A stretch of 24,158 nt of DNA from Tubiluchus corallicola (GCA_030141605.1 JAQGDQ010001824.1:1-24158); one strand, 5' to 3'; positions 10,728 to 21,516 are shown, counted from the first letter of the stretch. Numbers and translations are program-made. The notes: generated by a model not told the origin, from the letters alone.

Positions 10728-12450
10728 ACACAAATGTATTTGAAGCGAATAACTAGTTAATTTCATATGGTAATGCAAGTCAAAGATGTTAATTTGAAAT
10801 GATTAAGCTCACTGAGAATAGATACCTTTTCAGTCCCCAAGACCAACAGGGACAAGGCGAAAACAATGCAACACCTTTCCTGACACTTTCAAAAAAGAAA
10901 TAATCTGTCATCACAATTCTTATCCTAAAAAAGTGTCTGCATATTGAGCTTGAGACAACATCTGGGCTGGATAAAAAGCCAAGCCTGGATTCGATATTTA
11001 ATCTAGATGACTTCATTCACCAAAGACGTATATACGAGCCACCTCTGTCAGTTCAGTTGCTCATCACAGCCCATCCTTGATAAACAACCAGGGTCTGGTC
11101 TCGCCACAGCCAATGAATAGGCATTGAGAAGGCCTTGCTGAAGAATGCTGAATGCAAACTTGTAGTGCCGTGAGTGTGTCAACACATAATGTGCGTTAAG
11201 CTGTGGCACACACAACCAATACCAGGGAATTAAATGCTCGTGAAGAAACCGTCCAATTATCACAGATGCTTTTCAACCACTGCATGTCTTGCATAGAATG
11301 ATGGAAACTGGTTGGTCATGCATAATATTAATAATAGGTTTTCTCAGTAAATTTAACATAAAAGCCATCCATGACGATCCACAAAAATTATGCGTGTATA
11401 TTAGTTTTAAAAAAAAAACTACGTCAAGAAATTATCGCAACCTACTTCCGATAATATTCCAGATTTAAAATTTATTAAGAGAGGGCCCGAAAATACACGT
11501 TGAAAAACAGATTGAAAACATCCGAACAATCGCTAATGATGATGAACAGATTATAAATAAAGCTGGCTTTTATTTTAGGAATGCTCCTATTTTAAAGAAC
11601 AATAGCTACTTACTTTATGATATAGCGAATAATGAGAACACACAATTTTACTTGGCCTCTGTTTCTAGTTCTACTGGCTTACAATACGGGAAACCTCCCG
11701 TGTCTTATATTTCTAACATAAGATTTTTTTGCAAGCCATCACTATCAAAATAACTGAGTCTGTTCTTTTCTGATCTACAGTATTTAGATAAATTTATTAA
11801 AATACAAGTTACCCTGAGGTAACTTAATAAAGGAAAAAATTGCTTATTTTCACAGTTTCACCTGGGCTTTAATCCACTAATAATCATCGAGGCCAATGTT
11901 CGTGCCTGTCTGGACACTACAGGTCTGGCCTGACAAGCATGCATTAGCTACATTATCAATAACAACAAGTGAACGACTGAACATGTTGATGAGCGTTTAT
12001 AAAATTTTACATGCTTTTCTGATCCGCATTCAAAGATTTTCTGGGCCATTCTAGAATCAATTTTTATAGAAGTGCCTTAATTGCATTACTGTATTATGTT
12101 TGTTTTTTTACTTCTAGTGTAAACAGTCTTTTGTATTCGGTTCTACGGTTCAATAAACAACGGTTCGTTTGCCAAGCAGCAGCAAAAACAGATGTTCAAC
12201 AATTTGTTTTTCACTGTGGTCACAGTAACATCTTGCGTTGAAACTCTAGATAATCCTTCTGTTAATAAAATAAATCTAGTGTGAGTATTTTCTCAATCTT
12301 GACTCATTTAAACAAGCATTTTTCCATTATTCAGTAGAAGCTCAAGAGGTGTAGTGTGCACTTTTCTTACAGTTGGATTTTCTTTTTGTAACTGTACTTC
12401 TCAACTTCGTGATCTGTTTGACCATATTTTTAAATGACACAATGTTAAAA

Positions 12451-12557
12451 TCTACGGCCATATCACATTGAAAACACCGGTTCTCGTCTGATCACCGAAA
12501 TTAAGCAACGTAGAGCTTGGTTAGTACTTGGATGGGTGACCAAGTGCTGTGGGCCTT
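12451..12557 (+). pseudogene. 5S rRNA-derived segment (SINE head) with ~13-nt internal deletion
   Basis: TCTACGGCCATATCACATTGAAAACACCGGTTCTCGTCTGATCACCGAAATTAAGCAACGTAGAGCTTGGTTAGTACTTGGATGGGTGACC-AAGTGCTGTGGGC follows metazoan 5S rRNA but lacks the GCCTGGGAATACC-type segment and the T4 terminator. Confidence 0.92.
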
Positions 12558-12794
12558 CAGGATGCCCACACTGTATCTCGACACTAGGCGGTGGAGCTGC
12601 ACAAGCAGCCAACGGCTAGAGAGCAGAGGATCTACATACACCTTGCCCGGGCGTGTGCACTCTGGAGAGGCCACTCCAGTGGTTCAAGGATTGGACTGCT
12701 CAGCCACAGTCGACGCTGCAGCTCCATCAATTGATCAATAACTGACTCTCTTAGTGCACATTCCATTGTCTTCCGAGGCAGAAGCATGCCAACA
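12451..12794 (+). mobile_element. 5S rRNA-derived SINE (SINE3-like) with 13-bp TSD
   Basis: 5S-like head, GC-rich structured body, 3' stem-loop TGTCT-TCCG-AGGCA and CAACAACAA tail. It is flanked by the exact direct repeat ACAATGTTAAAAT (12439-12451 and 12795-12807). Confidence 0.8.
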
Positions 12795-12849
12795 ACAATG
12801 TTAAAATAACGTTTTGGAATATCATATGCATGGGCACGTTTCGTAATTT

Positions 12850-13362
<513 letters not shown>

Positions 13363-13489
13363 CGATTATTTTATTAATATAAGTTGGCTAATGAAAAGCA
13401 GTACAGGAAACTAACTAAGTAAAAGACAATTTTAGAAAAAATATTCTCAGTAACCCTAACTTTTATCATTGTTCATTGATCCACAACTG

Positions 13490-13735
13490 TAACAATGCAA
13501 GAGTGGCAGTACCAGCAACGACTACAGCAGCAGCAAGTGCAACAGGAAAAGCAACGACAACTACAACAGTGACATCTACAACAACAACGACAATGTCAAA
13601 AACAAGAGTAACAGCAGCAGCAAGTGCAACAGCAACAGCAGCCGCAACACCATCATCAACAACAGAAACGACAATAACTGCAGTTAAAACAGCACCAGCA
13701 ACAGCAACAACATCATCAAGAATGACAATGACAAT

Positions 13736-13820
<85 letters not shown>

Positions 13821-13992
13821 GCAGCAGCAACAACAACAACTACTACTGCTGCTGCTGTTGCTGCTGCTACAGCGACAACCACGGCAACATTGACGACAAT
13901 AGCAACAAAAGTGGCAGCAGCAACAGCAACTACAAAAACGGCAACAGCAACATCAACATCATCATCAATGACAATGACAAGAACTACCACCA
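13490..13992. repeat. Cryptic (CAA/GCA/ACA)n trinucleotide tract with a pure (CAA)n core at ~13737-13820
   Basis: Directly visible; reads as poly-Val/Ala in frame with the LINE ORF. Confidence 0.93.
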
Positions 13993-15801
13993 ATAGTATG
14001 GGTGACATTTTTGCACCCTGCCGAACACCATTTGCGACTTTAAATGTGCTAGAGCAAAAATTTCCCCACCTCACAAACATGGTTTGTCGAGAGTAGTAAA
14101 AGGCTAATAATCTTATAATAATGTTAGGCATATCAGTATCGACCAGTTTTAGAAACATTTTGTAGTAATTTACCCGGTCAAAAGCTTTAGATGCATCTAA
14201 GAACAATATGTGTACTGGACTCTGGCGTTGAATGTAATAGTCAATAACTTCTTTCATGGTATACAAACACATTTCTGTACCCAATTCATCCACGTAACCA
14301 AACTGATTTGGTGTTGATTGAATTGAGTTACCGTATCTGCTTAAAAACAAAATTTCTAATAATTTGCTCAACACTGTGGATAGTGCAATTGGCCTATAAT
14401 TATTTTTGGCTGTGATTTCCTTATTTTTGTCTTTCACAATCGGTACAATGACAGACATCATTAGAGAATCAGGCAAAAAACAATGTATGACACAAGCGCT
14501 AAATAAAAGTGATAATACTATTGGCAGCATATGTGAAGCAAACCTAAAATGCTCGGATTTAATTGCATCATTTCCAGCCGATTTGTGCAGAGATAGTTTT
14601 GAAATGGCCTCTTGCACTTCTCTCACAGTGAAAGAACTCACAATACCCATATTACTACTTAACTTCAAGTCTAATTTTGCTGCAAGGTCACCGTTATTTG
14701 CAGAATTTAAAATCTTTTTATAGTGCTTCCCCCACATATCACATATAGCCTTATCGCCTGAAATTTCGTCTATTTTAGGGGGTAGAGGAATTCTTGAATT
14801 AGTTTCCCTTTTTATCATGGCCCAAAATTCATAAGAATTACAGTTCATAAACTTATGAGCAATTTTATCTGCGACAATTGTTTTCTCTTGGATCTTGCAT
14901 TCACGTAATGCAAGCTTAAAACGTGAACGTGCCTGGCGCATTTCATCAGCAATGAGCCCATTCCGAGGCTTGCCATTCGCACACCAATTTAAAAAACAGT
15001 GACGAAAGTGCCTGTGTTTTTCAGAAACGAATTCGTTCCAGCCAGGTATTATTTTATCCTTTATACGTTCATGATTTTGCGACCGCTTACAACTAGGCAG
15101 CGTATTCTGAGCTGCAAAATTTAGCACAGATATAATTGCATCATGCATTAAAGCAAGTTGTTGTCTATGATTGGGGTTCTGACAGTGAATGTCACCACAA
15201 TAAAGTGCGTCGTACGGGACAACGATTCCAGAGAGCAAAGACTGTGTCATTGTTTGGTATTCGAGGAGATGATTACTTTCAGCTTTCTCCCAGTCAACCA
15301 TAAAAAAAGGCACTATTGGTTTACAAGGTGTGTCCGAATTACACGACACTTGGCCATTCAAAACGTCATTTACAGTGACTGTAGCCGCACCATTAGGTGA
15401 TAAAGCCATTCGATCTATATGCACGTTTAGTAGTAAGGGCATGTGATCTGAACTTGTTAGCTCATAATTTACACAGATATCTCCAATTAAAGAGTCCATA
15501 GCCATAGTACTAATTACATGGTCAAGCCATGTAGTTGAGTTGTGGGCTACATTAACGAACGTAAATGAAGAACTTGGCATTTTCACTACATCAGATATAA
15601 TATAGTCATTAGCTTTACACGTTTCACTTAGCTCCGCATAAAATCTTTTTTGAGGATGGGAACTGAAATCCCCGACACAACAAACATAGCTAGACTCTGT
15701 AGTTTCAATAATAGAGATGAGAGTGCCTAGACAATGCCTAAACTCATCAAAATTATTATCAGCTTCATAGGGAAGGTAAACATTAATTAATACAAGTGAC
15801 A

Positions 15802-15802
<1 letters not shown>
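13993..15802 (-). mobile_element. Non-LTR retrotransposon (LINE) ORF2 fragment: C-terminal part of APE endonuclease, linker and N-terminal part of RT; possibly Proto2/RTE-X-like
   Basis: APE motifs NVYLP, GDFS (canonical GDFN), TWLDH and SDHMPL. RT motifs NYRPIAL..SKLLE, NQFG, FLDASKAFDRV and GVRQG..SP. It ends before the YADD motif. About 600 uninterrupted codons. The clade guess rests on recalled linker motifs (IPGWN, WxxxGKPRxG) and is uncertain. Confidence 0.93.
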
Positions 15803-16042
<240 letters not shown>

Positions 16043-17163
16043 AAGCGACTAAAAAACTAAACACGAAATTCGTATTTCTGTTGTTTATGTTGTTTCAAAA
16101 CTGTTCGTAATGTAAACTAAGAATGAAGAAAATAAATTATTTTGCATAATCCTGCTTATAGCTATAACAATAGTACCTGAAACTTTTTTATTCGAAGATA
16201 CATATTATATGTATATATCTTATATCGTTTTAACTTATTATAGCCATTTAAAATATCTACCCGTATCGTAATTGTGCAGCAAAAAACTTTGTACTTTTTT
16301 AATAAAGATAGTTTTGCTTAATTCGCATCCTCCTCTGATCTGCTTACCATGATAAGACATGCTCCTCGTGTATTACTTTATAATCATAGTAGGGCATACC
16401 TAAGAAATTATTCTTCTGGCATCTCGGAGCAGTAAGCCAAGAAATTAATTTCCTTTTTCTTGGTGTTTAGGTTCTAGAAAGCTGTCGTCCAAGAATTTGA
16501 ACAAGTTTTCAAAAATAACCCAGTTTTTTACCAGCTTCGTGTTGCTTTCGTACATGACATTTCATAATTCGTTTGCTTGTGTTCACCACAAATGGCCAGT
16601 TTTAAATTAATAAAGGTTCAGCTGTCTAGTACCAAAAGAGAATTAAAGAGAATGTAGATGTAATTTAGTAATCTTACACAGCTCTGCATACTGTATGAAA
16701 ATGTGACAATGGAGTGAAACTGCATACTTGTATCAAATTTACAAAAAACCAATTTCTTGACTTTGTAAAAACATTATATTGATGGCTTTCAATGAAATAT
16801 ATTAATTACTAGCACATGTTGACAAAGTCGTGCTTAGGATATTTAATCGCGTTATTTGTACGTGTTTAACGCATTTCAAAAGTGAAATATTCACGTATAA
16901 CAATCATTTTTACGCTAGCCAATGGCCAGTGAGTCAAAGAGCTCTAGCTGAACATAATGACTTCTCAGCTATTTGATTTTATGAGGTTTAGAAAGGCCTA
17001 GCAGCGTTTATAAAGTAAACAAACACAAAAATGTTGACTCACGAAGTATCAAATGTTTTCTTCATTTTTACAATTTATATATAACTGATTCTCGAGTTTC
17101 ATTTTAATAAGGTCATGTGACGTATAATTAATAAAATGCATTCTATAATGCAGTAAGATTCGG

Positions 17164-18760
17164 TGCCTGTGTCAAACTTACTCGTACCAATCTTACCTGT
17201 ACCAAACTTGCCTGTGTCGAACTTACTCGTACCAAACTTGCCTGTGTCGAACTTACTCGTACCAAACTTGCCTGTGCCAAACTAACTCGTACCAATCTTA
17301 CCTGTGTCAAACTTGCCTGTGTCAAACTAACTCGTACCAAACTTGCCTGTGTCAAACTTACTCGTATCAAACTTGCCTGTGTCAAACTTACTCGTACCAA
17401 ACTTGCCTGTGTCGAACTTACTCGTACCAAACTTGCATGTGTCAAACTGGCCTGTGTCAAACTTGCCTGTGCCAAACTTGCCTGTGTCAAATTTACTCGT
17501 ACCAATCTTACCTGTGCCAAACTAACTCGTACCAATCTTACCTGTGTCAAACTTGCCTGTGTCAAACTAACTCGTACCAAACTTGCCTGTGTCAAACTTA
17601 CTCGTATCAAACTTGCCTGTGTCAAACTTACTCGTACCAAACTTGCCTGTGTCGAACTTACTCGTACCAAACTTGCCTGTGTCAAACTTGCCTGTGTCAA
17701 ACTAACTCGTACCAAACTTGCCTGTGTCAAACTTGCCTGTGCCAAACTTGCCTGTGTCAAACTTACTCGTACCAATCTTACCTGTGCCAAACTAACTCGT
17801 ACCAATCTTACCTGTGTCAAACTTGCCTGTGTCAAACTAACTCGTACCAAACTTGCCTGTGTCAAACTTACTCGTACCAAACTTGCCTGTGTCAAACTAA
17901 CTCGCACCAAACTTGACTGTGTCAAACTTACTCGTACCAATCTGACCTGTACCAAACTTGCCTGTGTCAAACTCACTCGTACCAAACTTGCCTGTGTCAA
18001 ACTTACTCGTACCAATCTTACCTGTGCCAAACTTGCCTGTGTCAAACTTACTCGTACCAAACTTGCCTGTGTCAAACTTGCCTGTGTCAAACTTACTCGT
18101 ACCAAACTTGCCTGTGTCAAACTTACTCGTACCAAACTTACCTGTACCAAACTAAACTAACCAAACCAAATGCCTGTGTCAAACTTACTCGTACCAATTT
18201 TACCTGTACCAAACTTGCCTGTGTCAAACTAACTCGTACCAAACTTGACTGTGTCAAACTTACTCGTACCAATCTGACCTGTACCAAACTTGCCTGTGTC
18301 AAACTCACTCGTACCAAACTTGCCTGTGTCAAACTTACTCGTACCAATCTTACCTGTGCCAAACTTGCCTGTGTCAAACTTACTCGTACCAAACTTGCCT
18401 GTGTCAAACTTGCCTGTGTCAAACTTGCCTGTGTCAAACTTACTCGTACCAAACTTGCCTGTGTCAAACTTACTCGTACCAATCTTACCTGTACCAAACT
18501 TGCCTGTGTCAAACTTACTCGTACCAATCTTACCTGTATCAAACTTGCCCGTGTCAAACTTACTCGTACCAAACTTGCCTGTGTCAAACTTACAGTACCA
18601 ATTTTACCTGTACCAAACTTGCCTGTGTCAAACTTACTCGTACCAAACTTGCCTGTGTCAAACTTACTCGTACCAATCTTACCTGTACCAAACTTGCCTG
18701 AGTCAAACTAACTCGTACCAAACTTGCCTGTGTCAAACTTACTCGTACCAAACTTGCCTG
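17164..18760. repeat. 15-bp variant-repeat minisatellite, ~106 monomers of three types
   Basis: A = AAACTTGCCTGTGTC, B = AAACT(T/A)ACTCGTACC, C = AATCTTACCTGT(G/A)(C/T)C, interspersed. Confidence 0.97.
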
Positions 18761-18870
18761 CATTCATTGAATATTTCCATACCACCAAAAAGCTTATGAA
18801 AAGCAGCGCATGAAGCAACATTGTTTTATACCTCATATCACATAAAACAATGGCTAACAATGCTCTTCAC

Positions 18871-19246
18871 TAGGGGTGAGCATTTTCTGCCAGAAAGCGA
18901 ATTCGAATGGAACCGAATTTGTGACTTTCGAATTCGAACCGAATTCGAATTGGGATTGAAAGATTTTCGAACAAGTTTTCGGACCACAAGTAAAAATTAG
19001 TCTTACAAAGATCATGCATATAACTCGATTTTGTTCTGCAATAAAACGACTAGTAATTTCTTTAAAATTGTGCGCAGAAATCACAGCTAAATTATGCTAA
19101 TTGTATGATGTTTCAATCGTTTTAGTGATAAAGAACATGTGTGATTGAAGTGCTGAATTATTCGAATCTATAGTTTTGGATTCGAATCGAGTTCGTACTG
19201 AAAAAACTCGTTAGAATCGATTTCGAGCGTTCGATGCTCACCCATA
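18871..19246. mobile_element. 376-bp hAT-type MITE
   Basis: 13-bp TIRs TAGGGGTGAGCAT / ATGCTCACCCATA (1 mismatch), exact 8-bp TSD CTCTTCAC (18863-18870 and 19247-19254), and clustered TTCGAA/CGAAT subterminal motifs at both ends. Confidence 0.9.
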
Positions 19247-19308
19247 CTCTTCACTGTTACTCAGTTTCCGCCATCACGGAAGTGGTATTTTTTAAGAAAC
19301 CCTTTCAT

Positions 19309-19314
19309 TTTATT
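19309..19314 (-). promoter_or_regulatory. Candidate polyadenylation signal of the GPCR gene
   Basis: AATAAA on the minus strand ~10 nt after the GPCR stop codon. It may be chance in AT-rich DNA. Confidence 0.3.
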
Positions 19315-19324
19315 TTTGCCATGT

Positions 19325-20290
19325 TTAACTATGGAAGGTGGAAAGTCCCACGTGGGAAATTCTAAATATCTGTTGTCTTTGGTAAGTGCTCACGTTTGGA
19401 ACAGTTGTTGTATCAACAGAGTTGGACACCTCGTTGTCCAAGAGAGCCACGCTTCTGCATCTGTACACACTGACCAATGCCCGACGAAACTGTTGATGAC
19501 GCAACGCATAAACCACTGGGTCACAAAGAGTTCTCAAAATCACAAGTGGACCCACGTATCCGTTGCCGAATATCAGTGTTCCCCTAAACTTGTAAATTGT
19601 TGTCTGAGTGAAGAAAAAGACGTTGCTAAAGAAAAAGATGGCGGCAATGAGAGCAAACGTTGTTGCAATTTTGATTTCTTTCTTGACCTTCCTTGTGCTC
19701 ATTGGCTTGACGTCGGTAATGTTCATCTGCACTCTAATGGAACGAATGTGACGTCTGGCTACAAAAAATGTTCTCGTGTACATAATAACCATCAATATGA
19801 ACGGTATGTAAAGTAAGGTAAAATTCATTGATATTAACAGTTCCACCGGATAGACTTTTATAAAGCGACATCCTTCACTAAAATCAGCGTCATTGACGAC
19901 AACAACTAACAGAGAGTAGATTAGTGAGACAGTGACGTAGATCAAGATGGCAACTTTTGCTCTGTATGTGGTAACTGTCTTCTCATACTGATACGGATGG
20001 ACAACGGCAATGTACTGGTCAATGGCTGTAGCTAGCAGTGTGATGTTAGACGCTTGTCCAGTGGCGAACATCAGTCCAAAGTAAGTGGTGCATAACTCCG
20101 GGATGTGCAAAAAGATCTTTATTGTACGAATCATTACATACATTATGTACAGAATTCCAACCATCATATCTGACGCAGCGAGAACTAAAACGAACAAGTA
20201 TTTTACTTGGCGAAATACAGAATGTCGTTGTCTGAGAACTGCAATAATGACAGTTGCATTTAGTAGGATAATCACGCTGGACAAGATTAC
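19325..20290 (-). CDS. Class A (rhodopsin-like) GPCR, main coding exon (mid TM1 to C-terminus, 321 aa)
   Basis: Acceptor TTGTTTTTTTACTTTCCAG|GTAATC, phase 0. Motifs: TM1 N (LLN), TM2 LAASD, TM3 C...AIDQY, HPYQY, ECL2 Cys, TM5 P...Y, TM7 DPVVY, helix 8 QFRRAL. Stop TAA at 19327-19325. The ER-repeat N-terminus of the 653-aa ORF is intronic microsatellite. Confidence 0.93.
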   Translation of the reverse strand, partial: VILSSVIILLNATVIIAVLRQRHSVFRQVKYLFVLVLAASDMMVGILYIMYVMIRTIKIFLHIPELCTTYFGLMFATGQASNITLLATAIDQYIAVVHPYQYEKTVTTYRAKVAILIYVTVSLIYSLLVVVVNDADFSEGCRFIKVYPVELLISMNFTLLYIPFILMVIMYTRTFFVARRHIRSIRVQMNITDVKPMSTRKVKKEIKIATTFALIAAIFFFSNVFFFTQTTIYKFRGTLIFGNGYVGPLVILRTLCDPVVYALRHQQFRRALVSVYRCRSVALLDNEVSNSVDTTTVPNVSTYQRQQIFRISHVGLSTFHS

Positions 20291-20405
20291 CTGGAAAGTA
20301 AAAAAACAAGCGTTCCACTTATTATTCTGAAATAGTACGTAGTATTGGTGTTGTAAAGCTGTGAAGCTGTGTTGTCCTGTTTGCAATAGAAATTGGTCGC
20401 TGAAG

Positions 20406-20408
<3 letters not shown>

Positions 20409-20477
<69 letters not shown>

Positions 20478-20625
20478 CCTCTTTCTTTCTCTCTCTCTCC
20501 CCCTCTTTCCCCTCTTTCTTTCTCTCTCTCTTTCTGTCTCTCGCTCCCTCCCTTTTCTCCCTCCCGCTTCTCCCTCCCTCTCTCTGTCTCGCTCCCTCTC
20601 TCCCCTCCCTCCTCTCTCCCCTCTT

Positions 20626-20669
<44 letters not shown>

Positions 20670-20767
20670 CCCTCTTTCTTTTTCTCTCTCTCTCTCTCTC
20701 TCCATCCCCCTCTCTCCCCCCTCTCTCTGTTTCTCTCTCTCCATCCCCCCCTCCCCATCTCTCTCTC

Positions 20768-20809
<42 letters not shown>

Positions 20810-20973
20810 TCTCTCTCTCTTCTCCCCCTCTCGCTCCCTCTCTTCCCTCCCTCCTCTCTCTCCCCTCTTTCTTTCTCTCTCTCTCTCTCTCCCTTCCTCT
20901 CTCTCCCCCTCTCTCTCTGTTTCTCTCTCTTTCTCTCCCCCTCTCTCTGTTTCTCTCTCTCTCACTCTCTCTT

Positions 20974-21005
<32 letters not shown>

Positions 21006-21027
21006 CCCCTCTCTCTCTGTTTCTCTC

Positions 21028-21072
<45 letters not shown>

Positions 21073-21137
21073 CTCCCTCTCCCCCTCTCTCGTTCTCTCT
21101 CTCTCGCTCCCTCTCTACCCTCCCCCTCTCTCTTCCC
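20409..21137. repeat. (CT)n microsatellite / polypyrimidine tract within the GPCR intron
   Basis: Directly visible, ~730 bp. Confidence 0.97.
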
Positions 21138-21252
21138 GTCCCTTGCTCCTTAACCACTTTACGTGTAATCTCTTGGACTACAGCTAAACAAATGTTGCAC
21201 ACAAAAGACGTTACGCCATAGCCACTTATCTCTGTCACGATTGTTAGCTTAA

Positions 21253-21407
21253 AGGTACGACTCCATGTGTATACAACAGTTTGCATTTAAACATGTAGAA
21301 GTGATTCCATGTGTACGAAATGCGTGATGCGTGATCCGTATTCATTCGAGCATGATCGCTGTCGTCCGAATACGCATCACGCATTACGCGCACATGGGGT
21401 CGTAGCT
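21253..21407. mobile_element. 155-bp palindromic MITE (TTAA- or TWA-target type; Kolobok- or Harbinger-like)
   Basis: TTAA|AGGTACGACTCCATGTG ... CACATGGGGTCGTAGCT|TTAG, with inner arms AATGCGTGATGCGT..ATTC / GAATACGCATCACGCATT. Confidence 0.7.
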
Positions 21408-21429
21408 TTAGAAGCAAAAATCGTCTTAC

Positions 21430-21516
21430 CCTAAGAAAAATACCGACGGTTCTGTATTGTGGCAGCAACGATGAGTCTTCTATCAGCGTCTCATTGCTAA
21501 AATTTAACATCCACAT
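21430..21516 (-). CDS. GPCR first coding exon (extracellular N-terminus and start of TM1, 29 aa)
   Basis: MWMLNFSNETLIEDSSLLPQYRTVGIFLR carries two N-glycosylation sequons (NFS, NET) and ends AGG|GTAAGA in phase 0, joining in frame to VILSSVII. Alternative start at 21510. Upstream acceptor TGTTGTTTGCAG| at 21526. Confidence 0.82.

Noticed and set aside
10100-11120. Short peptides (TKFIV, SSQP) reminiscent of a decayed transposase
   Set aside because: Too short and stop-ridden to support without a search.
12451-12557. Functional 5S rRNA gene
   Set aside because: Internal deletion, altered box A (GAAATTAAG), no terminator, and embedded in a TSD-flanked insertion.
17143-18799. Long repeat ORFs (VRVSLTQASL; CQTCL Cys-rich)
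   Set aside because: Several frames of a 15-bp repeat are open by construction, and no gene structure is evident.
20291-21286. ER-repeat N-terminal extension of the 653-aa GPCR ORF
   Set aside because: It lies between a good phase-0 donor (21429) and acceptor (20291) and is an intronic GA/CT microsatellite.
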